Source: Candidatus Latescibacterota bacterium (GTDB lineage Bacteria; Latescibacterota; UBA2968; GCA-2709665). From it: 64,000 nucleotides of DNA. The notes under the pieces were generated by a model. It had not been told where the DNA came from, ran no database searches, and worked only from the letters and a program-made list of their open reading frames with translations. The stretch lies in contig OZ241917.1 of NCBI GenBank assembly GCA_965203805.1, positions 4,608,001-4,672,000 on the forward strand, in the 5' to 3' direction. The position numbers and the translations under genes were made by a program. Below are positions 39,215-48,839 of the stretch, piece after piece (the first letter of the stretch is position 1; each line of letters begins with the position of its first letter).

Positions 39215-39337
39215 ACAAAACGAATGCCCCCTGCGCCGCGTGCGTGCCTTTTCAAGCTCGCGAACTTGAAAATTCTGCACGTCTTTGGATGGGTAACGAA
39301 GCGCAGGGGGCCAGATTTCCTCAGTGGCTCCAAGTTG
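39215..39337 (-). ncRNA. candidate structured leader/antitoxin RNA upstream of the NYN gene
   Basis: Nested stems: GCCCCCTGCGC/GCGCAGGGGGC (11 bp), CGTGC/GCACG, TTTTCAAG/CTTGAAAA; followed on the - strand by a U-rich tract. Confidence 0.55.
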
Positions 39338-39341
39338 GGAT

Positions 39342-39372
39342 AATATATACCCCGACATTGTCTCATTGTCAA
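39342..39372 (-). promoter_or_regulatory. sigma70 promoter for the leader-NYN cassette
   Basis: Minus strand TTGACA-17 bp-TATATA(TT). Confidence 0.7.
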
Positions 39373-39442
39373 GTTTATTTTATCTGAACACCCATACTCC
39401 CTTTGTGGTTTCCACCCGAACTCTGACGAAGCCGGCGTGAGA

Positions 39443-39712
39443 GTGGGGCAGGCATTCCTGTCTGCCTGCGTGTGCCAAACCTGTCATCCTGAGGAAACTG
39501 CCAAACCGACGATGTCTCCGCGCAATTGTGTTTACCGCGTTGTTGCGTAAAGGACAATCGGGAAGACGGGAGATTCTTCGCTCCGCTCAGAATGACATGT
39601 CTTGTAGTCGGCATCCGCGAAACGTCTCGGCCAAACCTGCGCTTATACTGTCATCCTGAGGAAGCTGCCAGGCCTGCCGTAGAATCAATGGCAGGCCGGC
39701 TGACAAGGGATC
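39443..39712. repeat. cluster of REP-like palindromes (GTGGGGCAGGCATTCCTGTCTGCC; TGTCATCCTGAG...; GAGATTCTTCGCTCCGCTCAGAATGACA)
   Basis: TGTCATCCTGAGGAA occurs twice (39482, 39649), with an inverted CTCAGAATGACA partner. Confidence 0.65.
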
Positions 39713-40704
39713 TACTGCGGCAGACGATTCGCCTCCTCCATTCTCTCGCTGTAGCGCTCGCTCGCTGCGTCGAGCCTGGCGCGCAATTCGGCAGGCAGCT
39801 TCAGCGCCGCGCCGGCCAGCGTCTCATCCACGTGAGCCGTGGACTCGGGACCGGCCAGCACCGATGTCACTTCCGGGTGATCCAGCACCCATGCGACGCA
39901 GACCTGCGCCCGGCCGACGCCCAGTTGTCCGGCGGCCTCGTCCAGCGCCGCGTGCATCTCCGCGAGCGGGGATCCGGGGTCGGCCTCGAATCGGGGCGAC
40001 AGCTCGCCCGCATCCAGCGGGCTGTACGCAATCACGCCGATTCCCTCGGCGCGCACGACCGGAAACATTTCGCGTTCCAGTTTTCGGATTCTGGACCGCC
40101 CGTCCGGCGTGAGCGTATAACCCGCCACAGTGTAGTAATCTTCGATAACGGTCGGCTCACTCGTGCCGGCGCCCCGGGCGTGCGCGCAGCACGCCTCCAC
40201 GAAAGCCGCATCGTGATTTGACAGACCCCAGAAGCGCGTTTTCCCGGTTCGCACGAGACGATCCATCGATTCGCAGATCTCCGCGGCGGGGGTCCCCTCG
40301 TCCGGCGAATGCAGCAGATACAGATCCACGAAATCGGTGCGCAGACGCTTCAACGACGCCTCGAGGCGCCGCGCCAGGAATTCCCGGGTGAATCTCGCCG
40401 GCCCACTCGCGCCTCCATCGCGTGCGGGACGATGTGCCGGCGGTACCTTCGTGCAGATGACAGAACGGTCACGCCGGCCCTCCAATACTCTCCCGAGCAA
40501 CTCTTCCGACCCTCCCCAACCGTATTCCTGTGCGGCGTCGAAGAAGTTGACGCCCGCGTCCAGACAATGCCGCAGCACCCGCTCCGCCTGGGGGTCGCGC
40601 GCGTTCCGCTCCAGGTGACGGAAGGCCGTGCCCTGGCAGTACCGCGTGACCATGAGATCGGTCCGTCCCAGTCGCACGGGTGTCAGTGGCGAAGCATGTT
40701 CCAT
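39712..40704 (-). CDS. aldo/keto reductase
   Basis: LGRTDL.V, FDAAQEYG.G.SEELLG, SLKRLRTDFVDLYLLHSPD, GVIAYSPL. Confidence 0.9.
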   Translation of the reverse strand: MEHASPLTPVRLGRTDLMVTRYCQGTAFRHLERNARDPQAERVLRHCLDAGVNFFDAAQEYGWGGSEELLGRVLEGRRDRSVICTKVPPAHRPARDGGASGPARFTREFLARRLEASLKRLRTDFVDLYLLHSPDEGTPAAEICESMDRLVRTGKTRFWGLSNHDAAFVEACCAHARGAGTSEPTVIEDYYTVAGYTLTPDGRSRIRKLEREMFPVVRAEGIGVIAYSPLDAGELSPRFEADPGSPLAEMHAALDEAAGQLGVGRAQVCVAWVLDHPEVTSVLAGPESTAHVDETLAGAALKLPAELRARLDAASERYSERMEEANRLPQ

Positions 40705-40878
40705 ATTCGTAAAATCCCTTTCCTGCCAACAGTATGGCCGAGTTGGAATTTGCCCGAAGGGCGGCGAGACATTGGCGCCGCCTCGCATCGCTAAGGCCTT
40801 GACACCGCGTGTCGCTGCGGTTTTATATGGTCGACCGTCACGCAGGACCGATGTCATCACCATTCAAGGAGGCCATCC

Positions 40879-41859
40879 GTGAACTTCCCACCCGATGACG
40901 GCATTCGCGTTCCCGTCGAAGACCTGCAGCGCCTCGTATGCGCAATCTACGAGGCCGTCCCACTACCTTCGGAGCACGCCCGGCTGATCGCCGATCTGCT
41001 GATCGACACCGAACTGCGCGGCGTGGTCAGCCACGGCGTTGCGCAGGTGGAGCGGTACGTCCGGTCGTTTCAGGAAGGCCGCGCCAATCCCGACCCTTCC
41101 ATCCGGATCCTCCACGAGGGTCCCGCGACCGCCGCGCTCAGCGGGGACGGCGGCCTGGGGATGATCGTTGCCACGCGCGCGATGCAGATGGCCGTCGCAA
41201 AGGCCGGGGACCTTGGCGTCGGCGTGGTCACCACTGTCTATCACGACCACCTGGGCAGTTCGGGGAAGTACGTGAGGATGGCGCTGAAGGAAGGCCTCAT
41301 CGGCATCAGCCTCTCCGGCCGGAACGCCGCCCCGTCGTACGACAATGCCAACAGCATCCGTGCCTCGATCCAGGGCAGCCCGCCGCTGGCCTTCGGGATG
41401 CCGGGAGGCGACGGCCAACCGGAGTTTCTGCTCGATTATGCCAGCCATTTCGTGGCGGATGACGAGGACGTCCGCAGGAATCCGGCGGTCTTCGTGAAGG
41501 CCATCGGCATGTCCCACGTGGCCAACATCCTCTCAGGGACGCTTGGGGGACAGATGCTGCCCGAATTCGACCGGCGGACAACGAGGTTCCAGGGCGCGGA
41601 TCAGTCCGGATTTCATCTGGCGCTGGACGTGGGCCGCTTCACGTCTCCTGACGCCTTCAAGGCGGACATGGACTATCTGATGGACGAGACCGCGAAGATG
41701 CAGCCGCTGCCCGGACTTTCGGATGCCGGTCTGCCGGGAAAGAGGGCCTGGCTGAAGGAGGCCGACTATCGCGAGAACGGCATTCCCATCAGCGCGAAAG
41801 CGGTATCGTCGCTCGATGGTCTGGCGCGCGAGTTCTCGCTTCCGGTCCCCTGGACGTAG
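40879..41859 (+). CDS. Ldh_2 family (malate/L-lactate/ureidoglycolate dehydrogenase-like) oxidoreductase
   Basis: LRGVVSHG, GDGGLG, DHLG. Confidence 0.8.
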   Translation: MNFPPDDGIRVPVEDLQRLVCAIYEAVPLPSEHARLIADLLIDTELRGVVSHGVAQVERYVRSFQEGRANPDPSIRILHEGPATAALSGDGGLGMIVATRAMQMAVAKAGDLGVGVVTTVYHDHLGSSGKYVRMALKEGLIGISLSGRNAAPSYDNANSIRASIQGSPPLAFGMPGGDGQPEFLLDYASHFVADDEDVRRNPAVFVKAIGMSHVANILSGTLGGQMLPEFDRRTTRFQGADQSGFHLALDVGRFTSPDAFKADMDYLMDETAKMQPLPGLSDAGLPGKRAWLKEADYRENGIPISAKAVSSLDGLAREFSLPVPWT

Positions 41860-41900
41860 CACGCGCGCCGGCCGTTCAATCGGAAAACCGGCATCCTCAT

Positions 41901-43022
41901 TTACCGGAACCAGTCATAGTTCAGGCCGAGAGACCGGTCCTCGAGAGGAAGCTCGACGCGGTCTCCGCCGTGCGTCGAAGACAGCTTAAGCGCGACCTCC
42001 ACTTCCAGGGCGACCGCGATCCGCCGGCCCGAGTTCTTCGGCTCGTCCAGCCGGCCTTCCATGCAGTCGATCACGTCATTGAGCGAGTAGACCGCGCCGT
42101 ACGGAAATGCAAACTGGGGTTCAGGCCACGGCATCTCCACGCGAATGCGGCCGGTGGTCTCCAACTCCTGTCTCAGGCGCCATAGACGGTCTGTCCCGAA
42201 CACGATCTCCCCGGTGCTTCCGTCCAGGCGGACCGGCGGCGCTCCCGCCCGGAAATGCACCACCGTCCCGTCCGCCGCAACCGCGATTCCCTGGCCCCTG
42301 AATTCATCGCTTCCGCCGGGACCGCTGAACTCGTCGGTGCCCTCACCCCGCCGGGGAAGGTCGCCGGTTCCCGAGACCCAGGCCGGCGGGCTGTCCAGGA
42401 AATACGACCAGTTCTGATGTTGGGCGAACGGGGAGGATGTCTCAATCGACCGGATCTCCCCAATGGCCCCGCTCAGTACCAGTTCCCTGGCTTTGCCGAA
42501 GGAAGGGTGGGTTGTCGTGATCGCGCCGCAACTGAGGGGGACCCCAGCATCAGCGCATGTTGAAACCATGCGGTCCGCCTCGTCGAGCGTGTGGCACATC
42601 GGCTTATCGGTAACAATGCCCCGGGTGCCGCATTGCACCGCGAGACACGTCAGGTCGGAGCGTCCTTTCGTATTCGTGGCGATGGCCACGATGTCGGGAC
42701 CCTCGGCGCGAAGCATTTCTTCTGCGTCGGTATAGGTCGCTTCGATGCCGTAGCGTTCACGGAATGCCGCGAGCCGTTTCGGGTCCCGGTCGGCTGCCGC
42801 CACCAGGTCGACCTCGGGCCGGTTGTGCAGCGCTTCCGAATACGAGGTCGGATTCCCTTCGTTTCCCGGGTGATCGTGGTGGTAGAACCGGCGATGGACA
42901 TCCAGTTCGGGCGTCGGCCGGTCCACGTCTTCCACTTTGAAAAGGTCCGGGATGCGTTCCGCCAGATCGTAGAGCATGCCCATCCAGCCCAGACCGATCA
43001 CGCCCGCGCGGTATTTCGCCAT
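41901..43022 (-). CDS. Gfo/Idh/MocA family oxidoreductase
   Basis: GVIGLGWMG, PDIVAIAT, DKPM. Confidence 0.85.
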   Translation of the reverse strand: MAKYRAGVIGLGWMGMLYDLAERIPDLFKVEDVDRPTPELDVHRRFYHHDHPGNEGNPTSYSEALHNRPEVDLVAAADRDPKRLAAFRERYGIEATYTDAEEMLRAEGPDIVAIATNTKGRSDLTCLAVQCGTRGIVTDKPMCHTLDEADRMVSTCADAGVPLSCGAITTTHPSFGKARELVLSGAIGEIRSIETSSPFAQHQNWSYFLDSPPAWVSGTGDLPRRGEGTDEFSGPGGSDEFRGQGIAVAADGTVVHFRAGAPPVRLDGSTGEIVFGTDRLWRLRQELETTGRIRVEMPWPEPQFAFPYGAVYSLNDVIDCMEGRLDEPKNSGRRIAVALEVEVALKLSSTHGGDRVELPLEDRSLGLNYDWFR

Positions 43023-43053
43023 AGTCGACTCCTATCGTTGTGATACAAAAACA

Positions 43054-43084
43054 AGCTATCAGCGGTCAGCCGTCAGCCCTCAGC
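43054..43084. repeat. heptamer tandem repeat (TCAGCNN)
   Basis: agctatcagcggtcagccgtcagccctcagc; reverse copies at 54904-54935 and 59230-59260. Confidence 0.7.
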
Positions 43085-43162
43085 TTGAAGCAAGACCGAA
43101 AACCGAACGTCAACTCACGCGAAGACACAAAGGCACGAAGGAAAAGCAGCGAACAGCTGAAG

Positions 43163-43295
43163 GCGGTGAGAGGGTAGACGTCAGACGTGAGATGATATGA
43201 TTGCCTCGTGCGATTTCATTTCTTGCCGCAGGCAAAAAGAAATAAACAATCGGGCAAGGACGTCCTCTACCGTCTCCCGTCTTACGTCTCCCCGC
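43163..43295 (-). repeat. modular MITE-like element copy C (module A only, inverted)
   Basis: Reverse complement of module A between GCGGTGAG...CGTCTCCCCGC ends. Confidence 0.75.
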
Positions 43296-43456
43296 TTTCA
43301 GGCCGTTCACGTCATAAGATACTGGTATTCAAGTCGCGTTTCCAGTATGGTATACATCCCTGTTCCGCCATCAACGAGCGTTATCCCGCGCCCGTTTGAC
43401 CACAGCCCGAATCACGGGTACGGAAAACGTCAATCCTCACGTCAGGAGTCACCAAT

Positions 43457-44233
43457 ATGCGAAAAAGCAAACTGATCGCGAAGCTGCGCAATCACAGGCC
43501 GGCCCGGATATGCGGCCTCGGCCACTTCATTCCGGCCTACGTCCGGATGGCCGCGACCGCGGGATACGACTGTATCTGGCTGGACGGGGAGCACCGCTGC
43601 TTCACCGACCGGGAAATCCAGTCGATGCTCGCGTACTTCCACCTGTACGACATCGACTGCCTGTTCCGCCCCCCGACGACGGAGAGGACGAGGCTGTATC
43701 GATATCTGGAGGACGGCGCCTCCGGACTGATGATCCCCCACGTCTCCACGCCGGAGAAAGCCCGGATGCTGGTCGACGCCGTCAAGTTTCCGCCCATCGG
43801 CGACCGCGGCCAGGACGCGGCCGGGCTGGACAGCGACTTCTTTCTGGCCGACGCGGAATCCTACGTTGAGGATGCCAACCGCGAGACGTACCTCATTGTA
43901 CAAATCGAAACGCCGCAGGCCCTCGAGAATCTCGACGCGATCGCGTCCGTGGAAGGCGTCGACGGGCTGTTCGTGGGCCCCGGCGACCTTGCATTGAGGA
44001 TCGACCGGCTGAAGCCGGGCTACGCGCTTGACGAAGCCCTGCGCAAGGTCGCGAACGTTGCGGGCGAACGGGGCGTCGCGTGGGGCTGTCCGGCGTCTTC
44101 CGGCGACCACGTCAAGGAGCTCCACGACATGGGCGCGCAATTGATCGCCTACGGCAGCGAGTTCTTCGCCCTGATGCAGATGCTCGATACGTGTTCGCGC
44201 GAACTCGACGGGGTCTACGGCGACCGGTCCTGA
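43457..44233 (+). CDS. HpcH/HpaI aldolase family protein
   Basis: GYDCIWLDGEH, KFPPIGDRG, VQIET, DGLFVGPGDL. Confidence 0.9.
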   Translation: MRKSKLIAKLRNHRPARICGLGHFIPAYVRMAATAGYDCIWLDGEHRCFTDREIQSMLAYFHLYDIDCLFRPPTTERTRLYRYLEDGASGLMIPHVSTPEKARMLVDAVKFPPIGDRGQDAAGLDSDFFLADAESYVEDANRETYLIVQIETPQALENLDAIASVEGVDGLFVGPGDLALRIDRLKPGYALDEALRKVANVAGERGVAWGCPASSGDHVKELHDMGAQLIAYGSEFFALMQMLDTCSRELDGVYGDRS

Positions 44234-44268
44234 CCCTCGCGGCGTCGCAGTCCGTTTTTTCTTCCCGC

Positions 44269-45276
44269 TCAGGTTTCCTCGAACCGGGCCAGCAGTTCGG
44301 CCGCCCGTTCCCGCATCGCCGGATCGTTGTGCCTCGCGATGATCCGCTGGAGCGCCGAGACCGCCGTGTCGTCTCCTCGTTCGGCCATGTCGAAGGCCAT
44401 CCGGTCACGCCGGTCGTGGTAACTGTTGTCGTACTCCACGACCTCCAGGTCGTATTTCTCCCAGTAGTACTTCAGCGATTCGTCATTCCAGCCCCGGTAG
44501 ATGTTCTCCCAGGTGTTCGGCTGGCTGTGAGGTAGGATGCTCCCCGGCGCGATGGGATCGCTGATCCTCTGATACCGCGCGTCGATGGACATGCGGAGGC
44601 GGTCGGAGTGGTTCGGCAGGCCCTTGTGAACCAGCATGCTGTGGAAGAAGAGGACGTCGCCCTGTTCGAACGGACTGCTGACCCAAGCGCCTTCGAGCGG
44701 ATCGGTGACCTCGATCCCGCCCGCGCCCAAGGCCGGCTTGAAGTCGTACACGCCCCGGCGATGGGAACCGGACGCCACCTGAAGGCCGCCCATCTCGAAC
44801 GGCAGGTCGCTGAGCGGAATCCACGCGGTGTACGTTTCAGCGGTTCCCTGGATGGGGATGAAGTCCTGGTGCGGTGGGGTCGTATAGGCCTCCCGTTGAG
44901 GGAAGATGGTCCTCGCGATGATCCGCGGATGGGGCAGAACCGGTTCGCCGGTCATCCGTTCGAGAAGCCGGACGATGTTCGGATGGTGCTGGAGGGCGTG
45001 AACGGACTGGATACCGTACATACCGGCGTAGACGTCCATGTAGTCCGGTTCGGGCTCGACGCAGAAGCCGTTCAGGTCCGCGACGGCCTCTTCCGCCGGT
45101 GTGTCTTTTTCTACCCATCCGGATTCCAGCGCGATCTCCAGAAACGCCCGACGCAGTGCTTCCAGGGTCTCTCCGGGCAACAGACTTCGAATATAGAGGT
45201 AACCGTCCTCCTGCATTCGTTCTCTCAGCAGACGTCCGTCGCCCGCTATATCTGTCGAATCCGTGAAAGGTTCCAA
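44269..45276 (-). CDS. phytanoyl-CoA dioxygenase family protein
   Basis: TPPHQD, GGLQVASGSH, GDVLFFHSMLVH, RMSIDARY; TTG start after GGAGGA. Confidence 0.88.
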   Translation of the reverse strand: MEPFTDSTDIAGDGRLLRERMQEDGYLYIRSLLPGETLEALRRAFLEIALESGWVEKDTPAEEAVADLNGFCVEPEPDYMDVYAGMYGIQSVHALQHHPNIVRLLERMTGEPVLPHPRIIARTIFPQREAYTTPPHQDFIPIQGTAETYTAWIPLSDLPFEMGGLQVASGSHRRGVYDFKPALGAGGIEVTDPLEGAWVSSPFEQGDVLFFHSMLVHKGLPNHSDRLRMSIDARYQRISDPIAPGSILPHSQPNTWENIYRGWNDESLKYYWEKYDLEVVEYDNSYHDRRDRMAFDMAERGDDTAVSALQRIIARHNDPAMRERAAELLARFEET

Positions 45277-45372
45277 TGCCGGTCCTCCCGTCAGGTGCGC
45301 GTGAAACGTCTCGCCGGGTTTCCTGTCCTGCCTGCGCCAAACTCGGCAACATGCGCGTTTTGCTGCGGACGT

Positions 45373-45462
45373 CCTTCGCCGACCCTTCGGCCCTTCGACA
45401 AGCTCAGGGACCGCAAGCTCAGGGCGCCGCATGCCCAGGGTACGGCTCAGGGTTCAAGCTCA
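45373..45462. repeat. self-nested CCCTTCGACAAGCTCAGG repeat
   Basis: CCTTCG x3 followed by GCTCAGG x3; same family as 4879-4920. Confidence 0.7.
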
Positions 45463-45482
45463 ATGATCTCCGTCGCGTGCGT

Positions 45483-46340
45483 TCAACTCAGGCTCCGGAA
45501 GAAAAAGCGCTGTGCCGTCCCCCACAGAATGGCGTCTTTCTCGGCGGGGCTGAGGAAATTCGCGTGGTCCCGGATCAGCGCCACGGCGGCCGGGAAGTCC
45601 GTCATCGGTTCTTCCATTTCGATGGGACCGCCGCTGTCGGACTCCCACATGCAGCGGTGGGCGCCGTACGCTTCGACCACCCGCTGGATCAATGGCAGGA
45701 CGTCGAGGTACGGGGCGCGGCGGGAGCATAGCGCCTGAAGGGGCCCGATCTTGACCATTACTTTCTCGTGCTTTGCAAATCGGAGCAGCGCGTCGAGGTC
45801 TTCCTCGCTGTAGTCGGCTTCCCGGATTCCCACGTGGCACAGGTGGTCCAGAATGACCGGCGTTTCCGGGAAGCGGGTGCACAGCCGGTCCAGGTCGCGG
45901 AGCGATTCGACCCGCATGTTGAAGCTCAGGGCGAGTTCGTGTTCCGCGCCTGCAGCGAACATCCGGTCGAATGCCGGGTGGTCCAGGCCGGAAGGCGGCT
46001 CGCGGAAGGCGAAACATCCCCGTCGCGAGAGGTCGAGCATGGTCCTGTCCGGCTCCGGATCGTCGAGACTGATCATGCCCGTGCCCGCGAAGGTCTCCGG
46101 ATCGGCTGCGATCAGATCCAGAATATAGCTGTGGTCGTACCCGTACCAGATCATCTGGACCAAGTTGATGCGCACGTTGCCCACCGAACGGCTATAGCTG
46201 AAGTACTCCTCGGGCGTGAAGGTGGGATGCCAGAGGTCTTCGACTGCGACCCCGGGCGCCAGGGGGTAGCGCGCGAAATCGTCCGTCCACACGTGGATGT
46301 GGGCGTCGACGATGCGGTGAGAGGATGCCTGGTCTGTCAT
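45483..46340 (-). CDS. amidohydrolase family protein (Amidohydro_2)
   Basis: VDAHIHVW, VILDHL, MWESD. Confidence 0.88.
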   Translation of the reverse strand: MTDQASSHRIVDAHIHVWTDDFARYPLAPGVAVEDLWHPTFTPEEYFSYSRSVGNVRINLVQMIWYGYDHSYILDLIAADPETFAGTGMISLDDPEPDRTMLDLSRRGCFAFREPPSGLDHPAFDRMFAAGAEHELALSFNMRVESLRDLDRLCTRFPETPVILDHLCHVGIREADYSEEDLDALLRFAKHEKVMVKIGPLQALCSRRAPYLDVLPLIQRVVEAYGAHRCMWESDSGGPIEMEEPMTDFPAAVALIRDHANFLSPAEKDAILWGTAQRFFFRSLS

Positions 46341-46484
46341 GGGAACGCTCCGCTCCGGGTTCCGCCTGAGTCACGGGACATCCGCGCTCCGGGTCAGCCT
46401 TTCCGCCCGTTTTGCGTCTTGCGAACGGATTGGCTATATTTGTCCGACCCGGCAGCCCCTCAATCCCACCGTCCGGAATACGAA

Positions 46485-47243
46485 ATGGCGAAAGACACAT
46501 ACGACGGCGTCTGGCAACCCGATATGCTGGACCGTTTTCCGATGAATCCCAACGTCATGGTTGCCGACCTGGACCGGGAACGGCTAGACCTTCTCCTGAC
46601 GTACGTGTCTGAAACCGGCCGCAGCGAATACCTGTCCACGTTCATATCGGGGGTCGTGGAGCGCCACCCCAAATATCTGCGCGTAAAAGAGCTCTTCGAG
46701 ACCTTCGAGGCGTACCGGCGCATCGGCCAGGCCATCTACGAACAGTGGCGCGAGGGCAACGTGGACACGGTTTTCGACCTGGCATGCGGCCACGGACTTC
46801 TGGGTGTCCTGCTGGCCTGGCGGTTTCGGAAACTGCGCGTGGTCTGCGTGGACCTGGAACGCCGATCGGCCTTCGGACACTACCTGGAAATCCTTCGCGA
46901 ACTGGCAGCGCCGATGGAGAACGTCGCGTATATTGAAAGCGACTTCAAGGACGTGGAACTGGGCCCGCGGTCCTACGTCATCTGCATCCACGCCTGCAAC
47001 GAAGGCACCCGGGATGCCCTGGATATGGCCGGCGCCGCGAATGCGGGTTTCGCGGCCATGCCATGCTGCATCCGGGACCGTCTCTACCTCCGCCGCATCA
47101 ACCACCTGGACGACGACGCCCGATATACCGCGGCAGTCGGGGTGATCGCCGGCCGCTACGGGGCCTACAAGATCACGGCGATCGACCGGCGGATCACCAA
47201 CCGCAATCTCATTCTCCTCGGCGCGCCCGCGACCGCATCCTGA
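46485..47243 (+). CDS. class I SAM-dependent methyltransferase (Methyltransf_32-like)
   Basis: FDLACGHGLLG, IHAC, MPCC. Confidence 0.8.
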   Translation: MAKDTYDGVWQPDMLDRFPMNPNVMVADLDRERLDLLLTYVSETGRSEYLSTFISGVVERHPKYLRVKELFETFEAYRRIGQAIYEQWREGNVDTVFDLACGHGLLGVLLAWRFRKLRVVCVDLERRSAFGHYLEILRELAAPMENVAYIESDFKDVELGPRSYVICIHACNEGTRDALDMAGAANAGFAAMPCCIRDRLYLRRINHLDDDARYTAAVGVIAGRYGAYKITAIDRRITNRNLILLGAPATAS

Positions 47244-47324
47244 TTCCCCGATTCTGCGCCTGCCGCGTCCTGCCGGGCAGGTCAGACCCGCGGCTGCGGA
47301 TTGTGTTCACCGGAGCGTGCGCGG

Positions 47325-48329
47325 TCACCATTGATAGTCGGGCTCTCCGGCCTCGAAGGCGGCGGCCGAAGCCATCATCGTGTCAAGGTCTCCCGTTGGC
47401 CGGTAACCGATCAGCGTCTTTGCTTTCGTGATGTCGTGGTCGTACATCCAGCGCACCGGAACCACCGCCTCAAGGGGTTCCCGCCTCCTGATTTCCCCCA
47501 GCAGCCGGGCGCCTTCGGGGTACGTAAAGGGGGCCGGGGCGCCGCCGTTGAACGACTCTCCCACCGCATCCGGAGACCGCAGCGCGCACACGATGCAATG
47601 CGCGATATCCCGCGCGTCGTTCGGCTGGTAGTACCACGGCCGTCCGGCCTCGTCCCTGACCGCGCACGGCTGGTCGCTACTCTCGGACCTCGCCTCGATC
47701 TCGTGCCACAGTTCGGTTCCGTCGGCCATAAACATTTCCGTACGCGGCCCCACCTGTCCCGCTTTCAATATCGCACAAACCCGTCCAACCGTGAACTGAT
47801 CGAAAATCGAACTGCCGGACAGCACGTGGCTGGGCCGTACGATGGAAATACGAAGCCCCGTCTCGCGGGACATCCGTTCGGCCATCAGTTCGCCGATATA
47901 TTTGGAGAGGGAATATTCGTTATCCGGCCGCTTGGGATGCATCTCGTCCACGGGATGGTACGCGCAGGCGATGTTCTCGCCGTTGTTCGGAAAAACGCCC
48001 GATGAACTCACGTAGACGTACCGCTCCAGGCTGTCGGCGAACTGCCCGCACGCCCGCGACACCTCGAGGTTGATCTGCGTGTTGATTTCGAACCAGGGGC
48101 CCACCAGGTTGGCGGTGTGGATCACGGCATCCGTCCCCGATACCGCGTTCCCGGCAAATTCCCCGTCGGTCAAATCCCCGTCCAGAATCTCCACGTCGAG
48201 GCCGTCCAGCCGGTTCAGAAAGGGATCGTCCGGCAACACGGAACCACGGACTTCATAATTCAGATCCAGTAGCTGCCGGACCAGCCGGCAGCCCACCTGA
48301 CCCGCCGCGCCCGTCACCAGAACTTTCAT
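47325..48329 (-). CDS. NAD-dependent epimerase/dehydratase
   Basis: TGAAGQVG, YVSSSG, YSLSK. Confidence 0.9.
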   Translation of the reverse strand: MKVLVTGAAGQVGCRLVRQLLDLNYEVRGSVLPDDPFLNRLDGLDVEILDGDLTDGEFAGNAVSGTDAVIHTANLVGPWFEINTQINLEVSRACGQFADSLERYVYVSSSGVFPNNGENIACAYHPVDEMHPKRPDNEYSLSKYIGELMAERMSRETGLRISIVRPSHVLSGSSIFDQFTVGRVCAILKAGQVGPRTEMFMADGTELWHEIEARSESSDQPCAVRDEAGRPWYYQPNDARDIAHCIVCALRSPDAVGESFNGGAPAPFTYPEGARLLGEIRRREPLEAVVPVRWMYDHDITKAKTLIGYRPTGDLDTMMASAAAFEAGEPDYQW

Positions 48330-48475
48330 TGAGATCCTCCTGATCGTGCAAAGGCGAGTTTTCCGTCACCCGCACGAAACCCGCCAGTCCCGCAGTCGTA
48401 ACAGGATGACCGGCACCAATATAGCGCCCGTCGTTACCGTCCGCAACATCTGGTCTTGCTCCCCCTCTCCAAAAG

Positions 48476-48626
48476 GCGGGAAGACGTGAGCCGGTAGACG
48501 GTAGAGGATAACGTTACCACGGTGTTTTCACGTTGACCGTGCCCTTTTAATTGCCGTTATCGTAACGACAAGAAAAACCATACGGCACTGATATCATCTC
48601 ACGTCTCCCGTCTCCCCTCTCACCGC
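48476..48626 (+). repeat. modular MITE-like element copy D (module B only), nested inside a CCCCCTCTCC/GGGGGAGAGG palindrome
   Basis: Flanks 48457-48470 and 48631-48649 match the two ends of the intact element at 50191-50237. Confidence 0.75.
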
Positions 48627-48839
48627 TCTTGAGGGGGGAGAGGTCTGCGCCACCCGTGCATTCGTAGGGGCAACCCTTGTGGTCTCACCGCTCTTCTTCT
48701 ATTGGAAACCGGTCGTCCAATTCGCTAAATTGACGAAACGCCGCACTTGCGTTGTTCCGTAAGGTGAAACGACAGCGCGAATCCAATGTATCCCGTACCG
48801 TGCGGTCCCGCAGCCGCATGCCCTCCAGGAGCGCAGCCC

